Position numbers and translations under genes: made by a program | From: Camelus ferus | Taxonomy: Eukaryota | Assembly (NCBI RefSeq): GCF_009834535.1 | Contig: NC_045696.1 | Span: 70,868,001-70,932,000 of the forward strand | Reading direction: 5' to 3' | DNA length: 64,000 nucleotides | Shown here: piece after piece, positions 26,179-37,879 of the stretch | Numbering within the stretch: position 1 is the stretch's first letter | How the letters are laid out: every line of letters starts with the position of its first letter | The notes under the pieces: generated by a model | The model's input: only the letters and a program-made list of their open reading frames with translations | Told to the model about the DNA's origin: nothing | The model's database searches: none

Positions 26179-26699
26179 TATTTAATCCTTCACAAACCTA
26201 TGAAGGAATTATGATTCCCATTCTACAGATCAGGAAACCAAAGCTCAAGAAGACAAAGTAACTTGCACGTGATTTGCAAGTGTTGGAGATGAGATTCAGC
26301 CATTTTGCTACCTTTACAAACTCAGGACTTTGTAGACAGATGAGTAGACCTGGTCCCCCTCCTGGCTCTACTGTGCTGGCTGCTAGCTGGGACCTCGTGC
26401 ATGTCTCTTCCCAACTCTGAGCCTTAATGGCACCTGTAAAATTTGTTTAGCAATAACTCCATCATAGAGTTGTTGAGGGATTTAAATCAGAAAACATTAT
26501 GTAACGTGTCTGGCACTGAGTGACAGTCAATAGAAGAGAATCAACCACAACCCCTCTTTGCTGGGGCACTTAACTCCCTCCTTCCTCCCTCCTTGGGGAG
26601 GGGTAGAGTGGAGGCCATGGGAGAAAAGGCAAAGCAGTGCCTGCAGTAAGGGGCAGAGGTTGAAATTCCAGGGCTAGCACCCAAGTAAGGAACACAGTG

Positions 26700-26923
26700 A
26701 GGTGCGGTGCACACTATCACATCACAGGGCTGGAAAAGATCCCACCCAGGAGTGACTCAGATGCTTCCGGCGCCTTTCCCTGCGTGGAAGGCAAGGGTGG
26801 GGCTCCATCAGGAAGATCTCCCCACCGCTCAGAAGCAGCCACTCTTGCTTGTGAGGAGCATCTGTGAGGTTGCTGCTCATCCCCAGCTGTCGCCCTGGTG
26901 GTCCCCGGACACACACAGAGACC
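26700..26923 (+). promoter_or_regulatory. Putative proximal promoter/5' UTR of the TEDDM3-like gene
   Basis: AP-1 consensus tgactca at 26753-26759, CACCC/KLF-like boxes (about 26741 and 26794), no clear TATA; position directly 5' of the ATG. Confidence 0.35.
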
Positions 26924-27811
26924 ATGGGAACCCTCGAGGGACACCTGCTCCCAGGGTCATTCTTCCTCTTCTACTCACTCTACTACTCGGTGCTGACGTC
27001 CTTGGCCCTGCTACGGGGACAGAGATTCCTCAGACCCCCTCTGCCCCCAAGGGAGAAGCGAGGGCACAGGTGGTGGCAGCTGTTCCCTGTGGAAGGAGTG
27101 GTGAAGATAGTCATCAGCCTGATAGGCATCTTCCCCGAGTTCTTCTACCCTCTCGGAGTAAGCCGGCTGAGGATGGTGGACTGGGAGGACCCGCGGCGGC
27201 CGTTCATGTTCAAGGACAACTGGCAGCACGTCACCATGTACGGGTTCTTCCTGCTCAGCGGCGTGGTGGACATCGTGAGCCAGGCGTGCCAGGCGCGGCA
27301 GAACATGAAGCTGGAGCGGGCGGCCGAGGCCCTGGCCTTCTTTGTGCTGGTGCTGATGATGGGGTCCCACATCGAGAACAAGGGTACGCTGGAGATCCGC
27401 GTGCACGTCCTGTTCATGGTGCCCACCTTCCTGGTCAGCCTGGTGCTCACCATCGAGGTCTGGGTCCCTGACCAGCCCCAACTCTGGGTGCTCAAGACCT
27501 GGATGGGTCTGGTGCTCAGCAACTGGATGCTGCACTTCAGCGTGCTGCTGTACGTGCCTCCCTCCGGGCAGCCCTGGCGGGCAGAGAACCCCGTGGACCT
27601 CGCCTTCCTTACCATCTTCTTCTGCTGGCACCTGGGCTTAGCAGCTGCCATGCTAGCTGCTGTCTATGGCCTCTGCAGCCTCTGGCACCATCGCTTCTCC
27701 TCCTGGAGAGAGGCCTCAGGCAACAAGTATGAGCTGTGCCCCACGGGTGAGGGCAGCCCAGAGCTTGAGAGGCTCACTGCGGGGGGCCCACTGCAGGACA
27801 GGGGCATCTAG
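26924..27811 (+). CDS. TEDDM3: Intronless TMEM45/TEDDM (DUF716) family multi-pass membrane protein, 295 aa; most like transmembrane epididymal family member 3
   Basis: Strong Kozak gagaccATGG; open frame to TAG; high GC3 and retained CpGs; family motifs MGxxxGHxLPG, NWQHxTMYxFF, SGxVD, LExxVH, FCWH; about 7 hydrophobic segments. Family call is firm, the specific symbol is from recall and less sure (about 0.65). Confidence 0.92.
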   Translation: MGTLEGHLLPGSFFLFYSLYYSVLTSLALLRGQRFLRPPLPPREKRGHRWWQLFPVEGVVKIVISLIGIFPEFFYPLGVSRLRMVDWEDPRRPFMFKDNWQHVTMYGFFLLSGVVDIVSQACQARQNMKLERAAEALAFFVLVLMMGSHIENKGTLEIRVHVLFMVPTFLVSLVLTIEVWVPDQPQLWVLKTWMGLVLSNWMLHFSVLLYVPPSGQPWRAENPVDLAFLTIFFCWHLGLAAAMLAAVYGLCSLWHHRFSSWREASGNKYELCPTGEGSPELERLTAGGPLQDRGI

Positions 27812-28734
27812 ACACACACTCTGTCTTTGTGCTGCACCTTTTGTAATGAGAGTTTTGGGGATGCCCACCGTGTGCACAGCACAGAAATGTCCTGGGATCT
27901 ACGGTGTGGCTTTCCATCACAGGAGACCCCTTCCTTGTTCCTAAAGGAAACTTCTAGTTCCTAGGATTACTTGCATCACTCTGTTCTCTCCAGGCCAGTC
28001 TCTTTCCTGTCTTGCTGTTCAGAATGGTTCTTAACCAGGGACTTACATGAAGTGAGAACAGGAGTAGTGCTTTTTCTCTGACAGCTTTTAAGATCCAAGA
28101 GGAGGAAACGAAATGAGGAAATAGAGGGAGGTGGGGGGTCTCTGGGGACTGTCTGAGGCAGAGCTGGTGAGCATGCGCTCCTGTGGGCCTGCAGCTGAAG
28201 ATTTGAAATGTGTGTGTGTGTTGGGGGGGGGTCTGTTTTCTTCATTTCTCCCTGTTTTTTATTCTCACTAAAGGTAACAAGATGAAAAGCTTGCTTTGTT
28301 GTTTTCTAATCTAAACTGAATGAGGTAACTTCCTGCAGGAGTAAGGGGTGGCAATCAGTGTAACGGGGCTCAAGTCTGGGGAGAGAGGAGGCATGGGAGG
28401 AATTCCCAAAGGCGGTGTAAGAAACAAGGATCATATTTGTAACATTTTCAGTTGTCTGGTTTTTGCTGTGGCATAAAACAACTCCATTGTTATGTAGTCT
28501 TTCAGTAAAAGTCTGTGATACACATATATGTGTCTTGTGTGAGTGATTCTGGGGCAAGATCAAAGAAAAGGCCCTGATTTCAGTTGGTGGGAGCAGAAGG
28601 GGAGGAACTGCCATGAAACATGGACAGAAATGACCTCAGTGGTCCTGGAGACGCAGGGACTCGGAGCCAAGAAGCACCCTGAGAATGTCAGCCTCTGGAA
28701 TCTGCAGAACTTTTCAGCCAGGAGAGGTGGTGCT

Positions 28735-28740
28735 AATAAA
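28735..28740 (+). terminator. Candidate polyadenylation signal for the TEDDM3-like gene
   Basis: First canonical AATAAA I can find after the stop; a variant ACTAAA at 28267-28272 followed by a GT-rich tract is an alternative. Confidence 0.35.
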
Positions 28741-29945
28741 TTCATACACTTAGTGAAATATGTGAAAGCAAACTATGTAAAAATACTTATCCCTGGGTTC
28801 AGTTAGAAAACTGCTTCTGACAGCATGGGTTTGCTGATGTGGGATGATAAATCCAGCAATCTTGGAAGCCTGAAGAGGCAGGGAGAAGGGAGGAATGCTG
28901 GCCTTAGATGTAGAGAAGTGATCACAGAGCAAAGCACTTATTAGTAAAGCAGCTGCAATGACACCACCTCCCACACAGAGATACTTCATCAGAGACTGAA
29001 AAGTCCTTTCTATGAAGTGCAGACAGGGATTTGAATTTGCAGATGGAAGGCAAAATAGGCTGCACATTGTCATGTGAAGTATCACTGAGCACTCCCTAAA
29101 GAAGCAGGTGCACACATCAGGGAAATAGGCCCTGGAAACCATGTGACAGGGGTTAAGACAGAGAAGAGGAACTAGAGAAAGAATGGAAGTGGAGCAAGGG
29201 TCTGGCAACCCACATGGGCAGGGTTTGGAGGAGAGGGACACTCTGGGTCTAGGAGAAAAGAAACGTCTTCCTTCAGGACCTGGAACCAGGCCAGTCCCCT
29301 CGTGAAGCAGGAACCAACCTGAGGAGAGGCCAGTGCCCTTCTTTCTGTCCCTACCCTGAAAAGCCCAGAAACAGAGCCAGCTTTACCCTGAAGCTAGTAC
29401 AGCTTAAGTTTCAGGGCCCTTCCCTTTATATCTGCCATCCAAATCCCTGGGAGGGACCATAGCAAGGTGTTCATGTGATCACACACACACATCACTGAAA
29501 AATTGCAAAAGTAAGATATTTCCATATTCTTTTTTCCAAAGAGGGCCCCCCACAAAACCTGGCTGTGCCCCCTCCCTGAAGGCTCAACACCGATTTCCTC
29601 TCAGGCTGCCTTATGAGAAACACATCTCTTTGCCTGTTGGTGGAACAACCTTAATTCGAGGATAATGTTAAGACTCTTCCTTCTTCAGCTTAGAAACAAG
29701 AAGCTTAAAATGCTAAGGACATCACACACTGGCTGAAAACACCTGCTAAAGTAGAATCTGTCCCTCAGCAAGTGTAAATGAGTCTTACCAGATGCTGGAC
29801 CTGATTTAATGAGGAGGAATTAGAGGGATAGAAAAGTGGCTGGCTAGGGGCGAGGTGGAAAGTAATTTACAGAGGTGGGTCCTGTTTACCTTCATTTGTG
29901 CTGCGTGTGGGAATGCTTGTCCTGCACATTTGGCCCTTGCCCTAA

Positions 29946-30331
29946 TGTAGTAGTCATGGCTCTCTAGAGAAACAGAAATGGTACGATGTGGGTAGATAGA
30001 GAACTTAAGGAATTGGCTCATGAGATTGTGAGGGCTGGCAAGTACAAAATTGTCAGGGCATGCCAGCAAGGGACAGTTGATGTTGCCATCTTGAGTCTGG
30101 AGGTGGTCTGGAGGCACAATTCCTTCTTCCTGAGGGCACCTCAGGCTTTTTCCTTAAGGCCTTCAACTGATCGGATGAGGCCCACCCATGTCATGGAGGG
30201 ATATCTGCAAACTCAAAGCCTACCAATTTAAATGTTAATCACATCTAAAAAATACCTTTACAGCAACATCTAGGCTGGTGTTTGACAGAACAATGGCCCA
30301 GCCAAGTTAACACATACAATTAATCATCATA
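29946..30331 (-). mobile_element. MLT2 (ERVL) LTR
   Basis: ctctagagaaacagaa...ggaattggctcatgagattgtgagggctggcaagt...aagttaacacatacaattaatcatca. Confidence 0.85.
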
Positions 30332-30441
30332 AAGAATATGGAAACGAATCCATGTATGTATATGTATGACTGGGACATTATGCTGTACATCAGAGATTGA
30401 TACATTGTAACTGACTACAGTAAAAAATAATGAATAAATAA
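30332..30441 (+). mobile_element. Very short L1 3'-end insertion
   Basis: tatgtatgactgggacattatgctgtac...A-rich tail; perfect 14-bp TSD aattaatcatcata at 30318-30331 and 30442-30455. Confidence 0.85.
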
Positions 30442-32868
30442 AATTAATCATCATACTCAGCATACCAGAATACAGCCACTCAAACATGATTCATGTCAAC
30501 TGTGTTTGCTGTGATTGTTGGAGACTTTCCAAAAGAATAACAGTAACTTCCTTTTAAATGAACTCCATTGATATAGGTTCCTATTGCAGTGTTACTATGA
30601 CTATGTAATGTTATATGAACTTCTCCCTGTTCCCTCTAGCAGGAAAGACAGAGTGATAGGTGTGCAGGTTGGTGACATTTATTTTTAAATTAAAAAAAAT
30701 AATGCTTAGAGGTTTTTTTCAATTATTCATCTTCTACATTTCAGACATCTTAGAAAATAACAAAAAGCAGGTTAAAGTATTTTGAAATCTACCATAATGC
30801 CCTTACCCAGAATTAATTACTGCCTGTCAGGGCTAAAAGGGTAGAATGTTATTTCAATCACAGAGAGATGGTAGGGCTTCTATATCAGAGTAAAGGGTTT
30901 TCCTGTTAATGATAACTGATCTGCCAGATGACTAAGGTGTGGGTGACTGAAAAGGGTTGGAGGTGAAGGTCACTAAAGATGAGAAAACCCAGAACTGGGT
31001 GTCCAGCATTGTGGGAAAGAACTAAGCAAGGATAATGACATGCCTGGGAATGGTAACCTTGGGCTGGAGAGGACCCCAGTGCCTGAGCCCTCGGTGAATC
31101 TGGAAATAGCAGGGGGTAAGGCATCCAGGAGGGCAGAAGACAGGAATTGTGCCTAGCATGAGCTTCAAAGGAGGAAATGATTAGGGTTAAGCAGAAATGA
31201 TAATAGCTACCCCACAGAGGTATCGTGAGAAATAAATGAGGTTCTGCATATACGACACTTAACACAGAGGGTGGTGTGCAGTAGATGCTCAATACGTATT
31301 AGTTTGAGAGACTGAATATTCACATGGGCAAAGACCATACCACGGGCTGGAGAGCAGGTTAGATGTTCCTGACAAGGACACCATGGTTGGAGGTCAGGAG
31401 GGCAAGGGGTGGGGGGCAAGCCAAAGCTTGTTCAGCTGAAGAAGAAAGTAAATGCAATCGGCGAGAAAATGAAGACCACAGAGGTGACTGGAGAAGAAGA
31501 GGTGAATTTTGAATGGAGATACGAAATTTAAGATGTTGTGCTGGAAGCAGATGGATGTACATTATGTGTCTGGAGCTCAAGAGAAAGGAATGGGTAGGGA
31601 GGGTGATCTGGGTCTTTAACAGTCATTAAAGCCATTTATGGGGATGGATGAGATCACCCAGGGAGAGGGTAAGGGGAAGAGGGCTTGGAGCAGAAATCTG
31701 GGAGGCATCACATTTAGTTGGGAGAAGGAAGAAGGGCGTTCATGAGGCAGACCAGGAAAGAGTAGCCAGGGAGGTGGGAGGAAAACCAGGACCTAACACA
31801 GAAATCAAATATTGATGTTGTTTTAAGAAAGGGAGTAGTCAACAAAGCCTCATTTCTTATACCCAGTTCCTCCTTCCCCTCCTTCCTCTGCCAGGGAAGG
31901 ATGGCCCCCAGGACATTGGGAGGGAACTTACTCTACAAGTTACCAGTGGAACTGGTCCTGCATTGCCCCATAGTGTTGCCCAAGCTGCATCAACAAAGTG
32001 TTGGTTTTGGTACCGGTCATGAAGTAAAACTGGATGATGAAAGAATAGGTAGAAATGCACATGCTTAGGACAAGGACATCCCCCAGAGTCACGTCCAGCT
32101 GAAGATTTTACTAGCATCTTGGCAAGGTGGGACTGGAAGTTAATTCCAGAACCACAGTGAGCATTATTCCAGTTTGATGGTTGTACAGTGTACAGTTAAT
32201 TATTTAGTTCATTAGCCTTGGTTATTGAGTGCCTACCATCCAACTTCCTCTCTCCTTACTAGCAAAAGGGACCACAGACAGGATAATGATCCATATTTCT
32301 AGTCTTTCAACCCTTTAGAGCCTCACTTGGGTATCCCTCTGAGTCCCCACAACTCCCTCTTGTTTCTCTATTTCTTTCTCTCTGCACCCCTCACACTTTC
32401 CTTCTCCCTCGCTCCTCTTTCCGACCCCCCATAGGCTCTGGACCACCTTCCAGCTTCCAGGTGAGCCCAGAGACTACGCTTCCCCATTCCTCACTGCCGG
32501 TGGTGTCCTTGGTAATGGGGCCACTTTCTCCTCTACTTTGCAATTCTCCCAAGACACTGAGGTGAGCCTGAGGTCTACCTGGAAGACGTTAGATCATATA
32601 TTGATGTTTAGCCATAAGTATCTGCACCACCTTCTCCTACACTCTATTCAAAGCAAGCTTTCTTTGATGAATTGCTGTCCAGCGTGCACCAAGGGATCCA
32701 GCAAATGGCAAAAGCAGGCTGATTCGGAGAGGGCTGTGAGCAGAAGGCGCTGTGCAGTTGGGAAACACAATGTCTATATAAGCAGGGGAACGTTTTTCAC
32801 TCATAAAACATAATTTATCTTTATCATTGCAGCTTCTCAGAATTTCTTAAGTGTCCCAACCACTTTTT

Positions 32869-32984
32869 TTTTTTTTTGGTGGGGTAGGGGTGGTAATTAC
32901 TTTTGGAGGAGGTACTGGGGATTGAACCTAGGACCTTGTGCATGCCAAGCATGAGCTCTGCCGCTTGAGCTATACCCTCCCCCT
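32869..32984 (-). mobile_element. tRNA-derived SINE (Vic-1-like)
   Basis: ggtactggggattgaacctaggacc...gagctataccctcccc; TSD caacc(a/t)cttttt at 32857-32868 and 32985-32996. Confidence 0.85.
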
Positions 32985-33329
32985 CAACCTCTTTTTAGTC
33001 ACTAATTTTCGAAAAGTAAGAAAAGATGGCAGTTTCATTCCTCAAGGTAGTGAAAACACGTCTCCCCGCTTGCTTAATTTAACAGTTTCAGGCAGGATAG
33101 TTGAGATGCCAGATGTGCTAACAATTTGCCAGACAAAAAAGTACAAATTTGAAAGGTAAATGATAGGGAGATATGAGTGTCCTACATGGGAACAAGATTT
33201 AATGCCCCGACCATAGTGCCCCAAATGTCCGAGTAACAGGAAGCATGAAACAATGACGAAGGGGACAAAACCAGAGCACCGCCAGACAGATAGACACAAA
33301 ACAGGCCCTTCCCAGTCATGTTCTGTTTT

Positions 33330-34330
33330 CTTTTTTTTCTCTCTCTCTTATTTTGTGTGTGTGATGAAAACTTTAAAGGTCCACTCTCTCGGCAATTTTC
33401 AAATATACAGTACAGTATTATTAATTATAACTCCCAGGTTGTACATTACATCCCTGTGATTTCTTTATTTCATAGCTGGGAGTTTATAATTTTTAACTCT
33501 CTTCTCTCCTTTCACCCACCTCCTCTCTGGTGACTACCAATCTTTTTGTTTGTTTGTTGTTTGTTTTCATATTCCACACATTAAGTGAGCTCATAGGGTA
33601 GCTGTCTTTCTCAGTCTGACTTATTTCACTTAGCATAATGCCCTCAAGGTCCATCCATGTTGCTGCAAATGGCTGAAGAGTATTCCACTGTGTGTGTGTG
33701 TGTGTATATATATACACACCACATTTTTATTGTCCATTCATCCTTTGACAGACACTTAGGTTGCTTTCACATCTTGGCTATTGTAAATAACACTGCAATG
33801 AACAAAGAGGTGCATTTATCTTTTTAAATTAGTGTTTTCAGTTTTTGTTTTTGTTTTTGTTTTAAATTAGTGTTTTGCTTCTTTTCGGTAAATACCCAGA
33901 ATTGGAATTGCTGGATCATATGTAGTTCTACTTTTATTTTTTTGAGGAACCTCCATACTGTTTTCCATGGTGGCTGCACCAATTTACATTCCCACCAACT
34001 GTGCACAAGGTTCCCTTTTCTCCATATCTTCACCAACACTTGTTACTTCTGGTCTTTGTGATAACAGCCATTTTGACAGATGTGAGGTGATATCTCACTG
34101 TAGTTTTGATCTGCATTTCCCTGATGATTAGTGATGTTGGGCATCTTTTCATTTGCTTGTTGGCCATCTGTATGTCTTCTTTGGAAAAATGTCCACTCAT
34201 ATCCTCTGCCCATTTTTTAATCAGATTTTTTTTTGCTATTGAATTGTATGTGTTCTTTATATATTTTGGATATTAATACCTTAATCATATTTATAATTTG
34301 CAAATATCTTCTTCTATTCAGTAGGCTGCC
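33330..34330 (-). mobile_element. L1 3' portion (L1MA9-like), ORF2 C-terminus plus 3'UTR
   Basis: Antisense [20 protein letters not shown] and FAATWMDLEGIMLSEISQTEKD in the ORF track. Confidence 0.88.
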
Positions 34331-34643
34331 TTTAACCAGTCATTTTTCTCAAGCCAAAAAGCAGTTTGCTCTGTATTTAGTTTCAGAACTTTTTCTTTTT
34401 TGTAATTTGACACTACCTGCTCATTTAAGTGGCATTCTGTGTGAAGTCTACACAAGATTTATGTGCAGACTAAACAATACACCGAGATTTACCTGTAGGC
34501 AGGGTCAAGTTCAGAGAATTACTATCAATGGTCCTACCAAATTTATACCCTCTTTTTATAACAAGTTATTTGTAAAGCTCCTTACTATCTTGAACTGAAA
34601 TTCATAGATAATATAATCTACTTACATACATAATCACAAAGAT

Positions 34644-34644
<1 letters not shown>

Positions 34645-34692
<48 letters not shown>
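34645..34692. repeat. (AGAT)12 tetranucleotide microsatellite
   Basis: Perfect run read directly. Confidence 0.95.
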
Positions 34693-34694
<2 letters not shown>

Positions 34695-35848
34695 ACACTA
34701 TAATATCTGCCAATGCCGCCCAGCCAGAGACCCTCAGTGAAATGTGGTAGAAGGGACTTAGAGGATTTAGGCTTGTCTTAGGTGACCTTCAGGGGGATTC
34801 ATGGAAGTGATGCTTTGCTTTGGACTGGATGCTCTCAAGAAGCAGGAATGGTTCTATAATTGGGTATTCTGATAAATGCTACTGAGAAGGAGGGCAGACC
34901 AGAGCAAGGCTAAAGCTACCATTGTAAAGGAGCAGCAGTCACCTGTATTAGCCAAGATAGGGAGATGCTCAGTCACTTCTGTGGTTTGGACCAGGTTCAC
35001 AATTGTCTCTGTTCAGACATGATTACAGAGCCCTCTTGTCTTTCTGTAGATTCATTAAGGTCACAGAGTGGCCCTGTCTGACACTGGCAATCTGTGAAAT
35101 TGTTTATGTGCAACAGGAGAACACTGGATGCTGAGTGGTGAGAGCTAGACAGACTCCCAGGTGTCAGTCTTTCCCCATTTTCATATCCTAACTGAAATTA
35201 AGAGGAGAGATAAAAGGATCGATAATAAAATAATGTACATTTCGATATGGAAATGCTCTCTTGCTGTTGCTATACTAGTACGCATAATAGAGTCACATAA
35301 TTGCACTTCCTTATATGAGAGAGTTTAGATTTAAAAGTAAGAATATTGGAAGTATTTCGTTACTATGAATGCAGAAGAATGAAAGAACGAGTTTCCAGTT
35401 AACATCAGAATTTAAATTAGTGTGGAGATGTACAGTAACATACCAGGCTGATTTGTATATAATAAGAGAAAGAAGGAATAACCTTAATGGAAACAGGAAT
35501 AACATGTTAAGCAAATTATAGGCTTTCAAAGAAGAAAATATAAGGAAGAATACACACTGGCCTTATTTATGAGTAGCGAAGAAAAATTGCCTTCTGTATG
35601 ACATGAAACAAAACAGTGATGTAATATCTCAGAGATCATATCACCTGTCTTGAAATTTCAATGCCTGCCTACTAGTAATTAAAAAGACCTTGAAGAGCAT
35701 ACACAGTAAACCCCGAGATAATCCATATTTTAATACAATGGAATTCAATCCAGGCCTCGGACCAGCCCTGGTTGCCAAACCTGAACTGAGAGACTGATAG
35801 CACTAACCCTACCAGGCGGGTGCTATGATTAAAGATAATGTTTGGGAC

Positions 35849-35972
35849 TGTATGTATGTATTTACATGCAATATAATGTATATATGCAGTCAAACTGTAA
35901 TAATTCTACCTAATAAAACTGAAAAAGGAAAAAATATTAATAATAAATAAATAAATAAAAACTTTAAAAAAA
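35849..35972 (+). mobile_element. Very short L1 3'-end insertion
   Basis: A-rich tail; perfect 14-bp TSD ataatgtttgggac at 35835-35848 and 35973-35986. Confidence 0.8.
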
Positions 35973-37499
35973 ATAATGTTTGGGACATGTACAGTTCATG
36001 GTGCTCTGAAAGCTAGCCACTGTCATTTTGGTCTTCACACACACACACACTTAAAAAAAAAAAAAACAGATGGAGAGAGAGGATGAGTGCTCTCTTGAGT
36101 CTCCATGATTATATGGAAGGTGCTTGATTGAATGCATGTGGTCCAGTTGACACGAGAATCCCGGGCAACGCTGTTGCAGGCTTGGACAGTGCAGGCTGGT
36201 GTTGGGGGATGAGGGGCAATGGCGAGGACAGGTTGAGTGTAACTGAATTGGAACTCACTCAGCTGGGTATATGGATAGTTGTGTACAACTTGCTTGAATA
36301 TCTTTACCTTTGTGCCTTTTTTGGATAGTACAGACCTCCCAGAAAATAGTTTTCATTAACGTCGCAAAAATGCAACCCTACATTTTACAGGTCTGACTTT
36401 TAGACCCCACTTATTTCATGGTGACCTGGGGTTATTTTGTTTCATCAGGGGGTGGAGAATAGAGGCTGGATTGGAAGAGAAGACAAGCAGTCTTAGAGAA
36501 GTTAGCCTTCAAAGATGGACACTTGGGAATGTATCAGAGTAACTGAAAATCCCGAGAAACAGCAAGGAATCCAAAATAAATGAAATAATGCACACTTTTC
36601 ACAAAATGTTTTCCTCTGCATTGTGCTAAACATCTGTTGCTAATTTTTTTTTATGGCCTACAAGCCTGTGCTGCCAGCAAATTATAGCTGAGGCTAAATC
36701 TGTGGCACATATAATGACATTAGAAAAGGGAATTATTTTTTCTGTAAAATCATTTTTAAGGGTTTCAATATACTGTCAACACCTCTGTATCAATTGTCAG
36801 TAATGGTGAAAATAAATTTCCACTATGGCTTTTTTTATTTCCTAACCTTATCCATGTGAGCCGAGCGCCTCCTCATCCCGGCCGGGTCTCATTACACAGC
36901 CGACATTCTACAGCTCTCACTATCTCTTTCAGTTTTTATTAGAACAGTGTTATCAGAATTCAGTGGAATAAAAAATCATTTCAGTTGGATTTTTTTCCTA
37001 TCATCCTTCTAATAACCTATCATGCACTGGTAATTGGAGGGTTTTATTTTTTACAATGTGTCACTAACCCTATTTTGCAAGCATTTATTTTATTTCAAAA
37101 GAAAATAGCAACAATGTTACCTTCTATTTAAAGATGTTTTTATAACATTCAGTGAAAATTTTAGTTTTCAGACTTTTTCCTTAAATAGCAGAAGTATGAT
37201 ACGCTTTCAACTTTATAGATGTGTTCCTTTGTACAATCTTCACTTTATCTTGATGGGTCACTGTTTATTAGAAAAGAACTGTAAAGCTGCCATGTTGGCC
37301 ACTGTTCGCATGTGGGCAGATATAAAGCCAAATGTTCAATATTCAACTGAATATTGTGGACTCTTTTTCTTTACACTGGACATTTTGCCATACAGGCTAA
37401 ATCAGTATATTCCTATGTAAAACAAAACAAAACAAAATGGAATTAGTTCTGGGCTCAAGTAATTGTAAGCAGGTTTTTCACCTACATAATTCCAGGTTC

Positions 37500-37712
37500 A
37501 GTTAGATTCTAGAATTAGATCTTTATAAACAGGTTTTCCACTTGTATTTAAAAGTCCTGAGGGACACAGGAGAAATCTTTTCTTGTGCCAGTGTGTCCCC
37601 TCTAGATACCGGTGGCAACCTCTATTCATTATGACCAAAAAAAAAAAAAAAAAAAAAAATACAAATTTCCAAAATACTCTGGGGAGCAGTATCGCCCTGC
37701 AGAGAACCATTA
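37500..37712. mobile_element. MER20-like hAT element remnant
   Basis: atgaccaaaa...aaatttccaaaatactctggggagcagtatcgccctgcagagaaccat resembles the recalled MER20-family end. Confidence 0.5.
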
Positions 37713-37879
37713 ATTTTTATGAAGATACAATCACACATCTGTGGTTTATGATCTGAGTTACACTTGATTTACATAAAAATATAGTCACTCAAACCTGATA
37801 AGGGCTGTTTTAAGACCTTTACGAGGCTCAGTCCCTTACTTTGAAGGCCCTACCTTAATTATACCAAGTATTTTAAAAT

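Noticed and set aside
26864..26923. 20-aa N-terminal extension given by the ORF track (315 aa)
   Set aside because: Starts at GTG; the ATG at 26924 has a strong Kozak context and matches the family N-terminus MGxxxGH
26707..27651. Long overlapping ORFs (254 aa plus, 206 aa and 168 aa minus) as a nested gene system
   Set aside because: Expected shadows of a high-GC3 coding sequence; translations show no recognisable features
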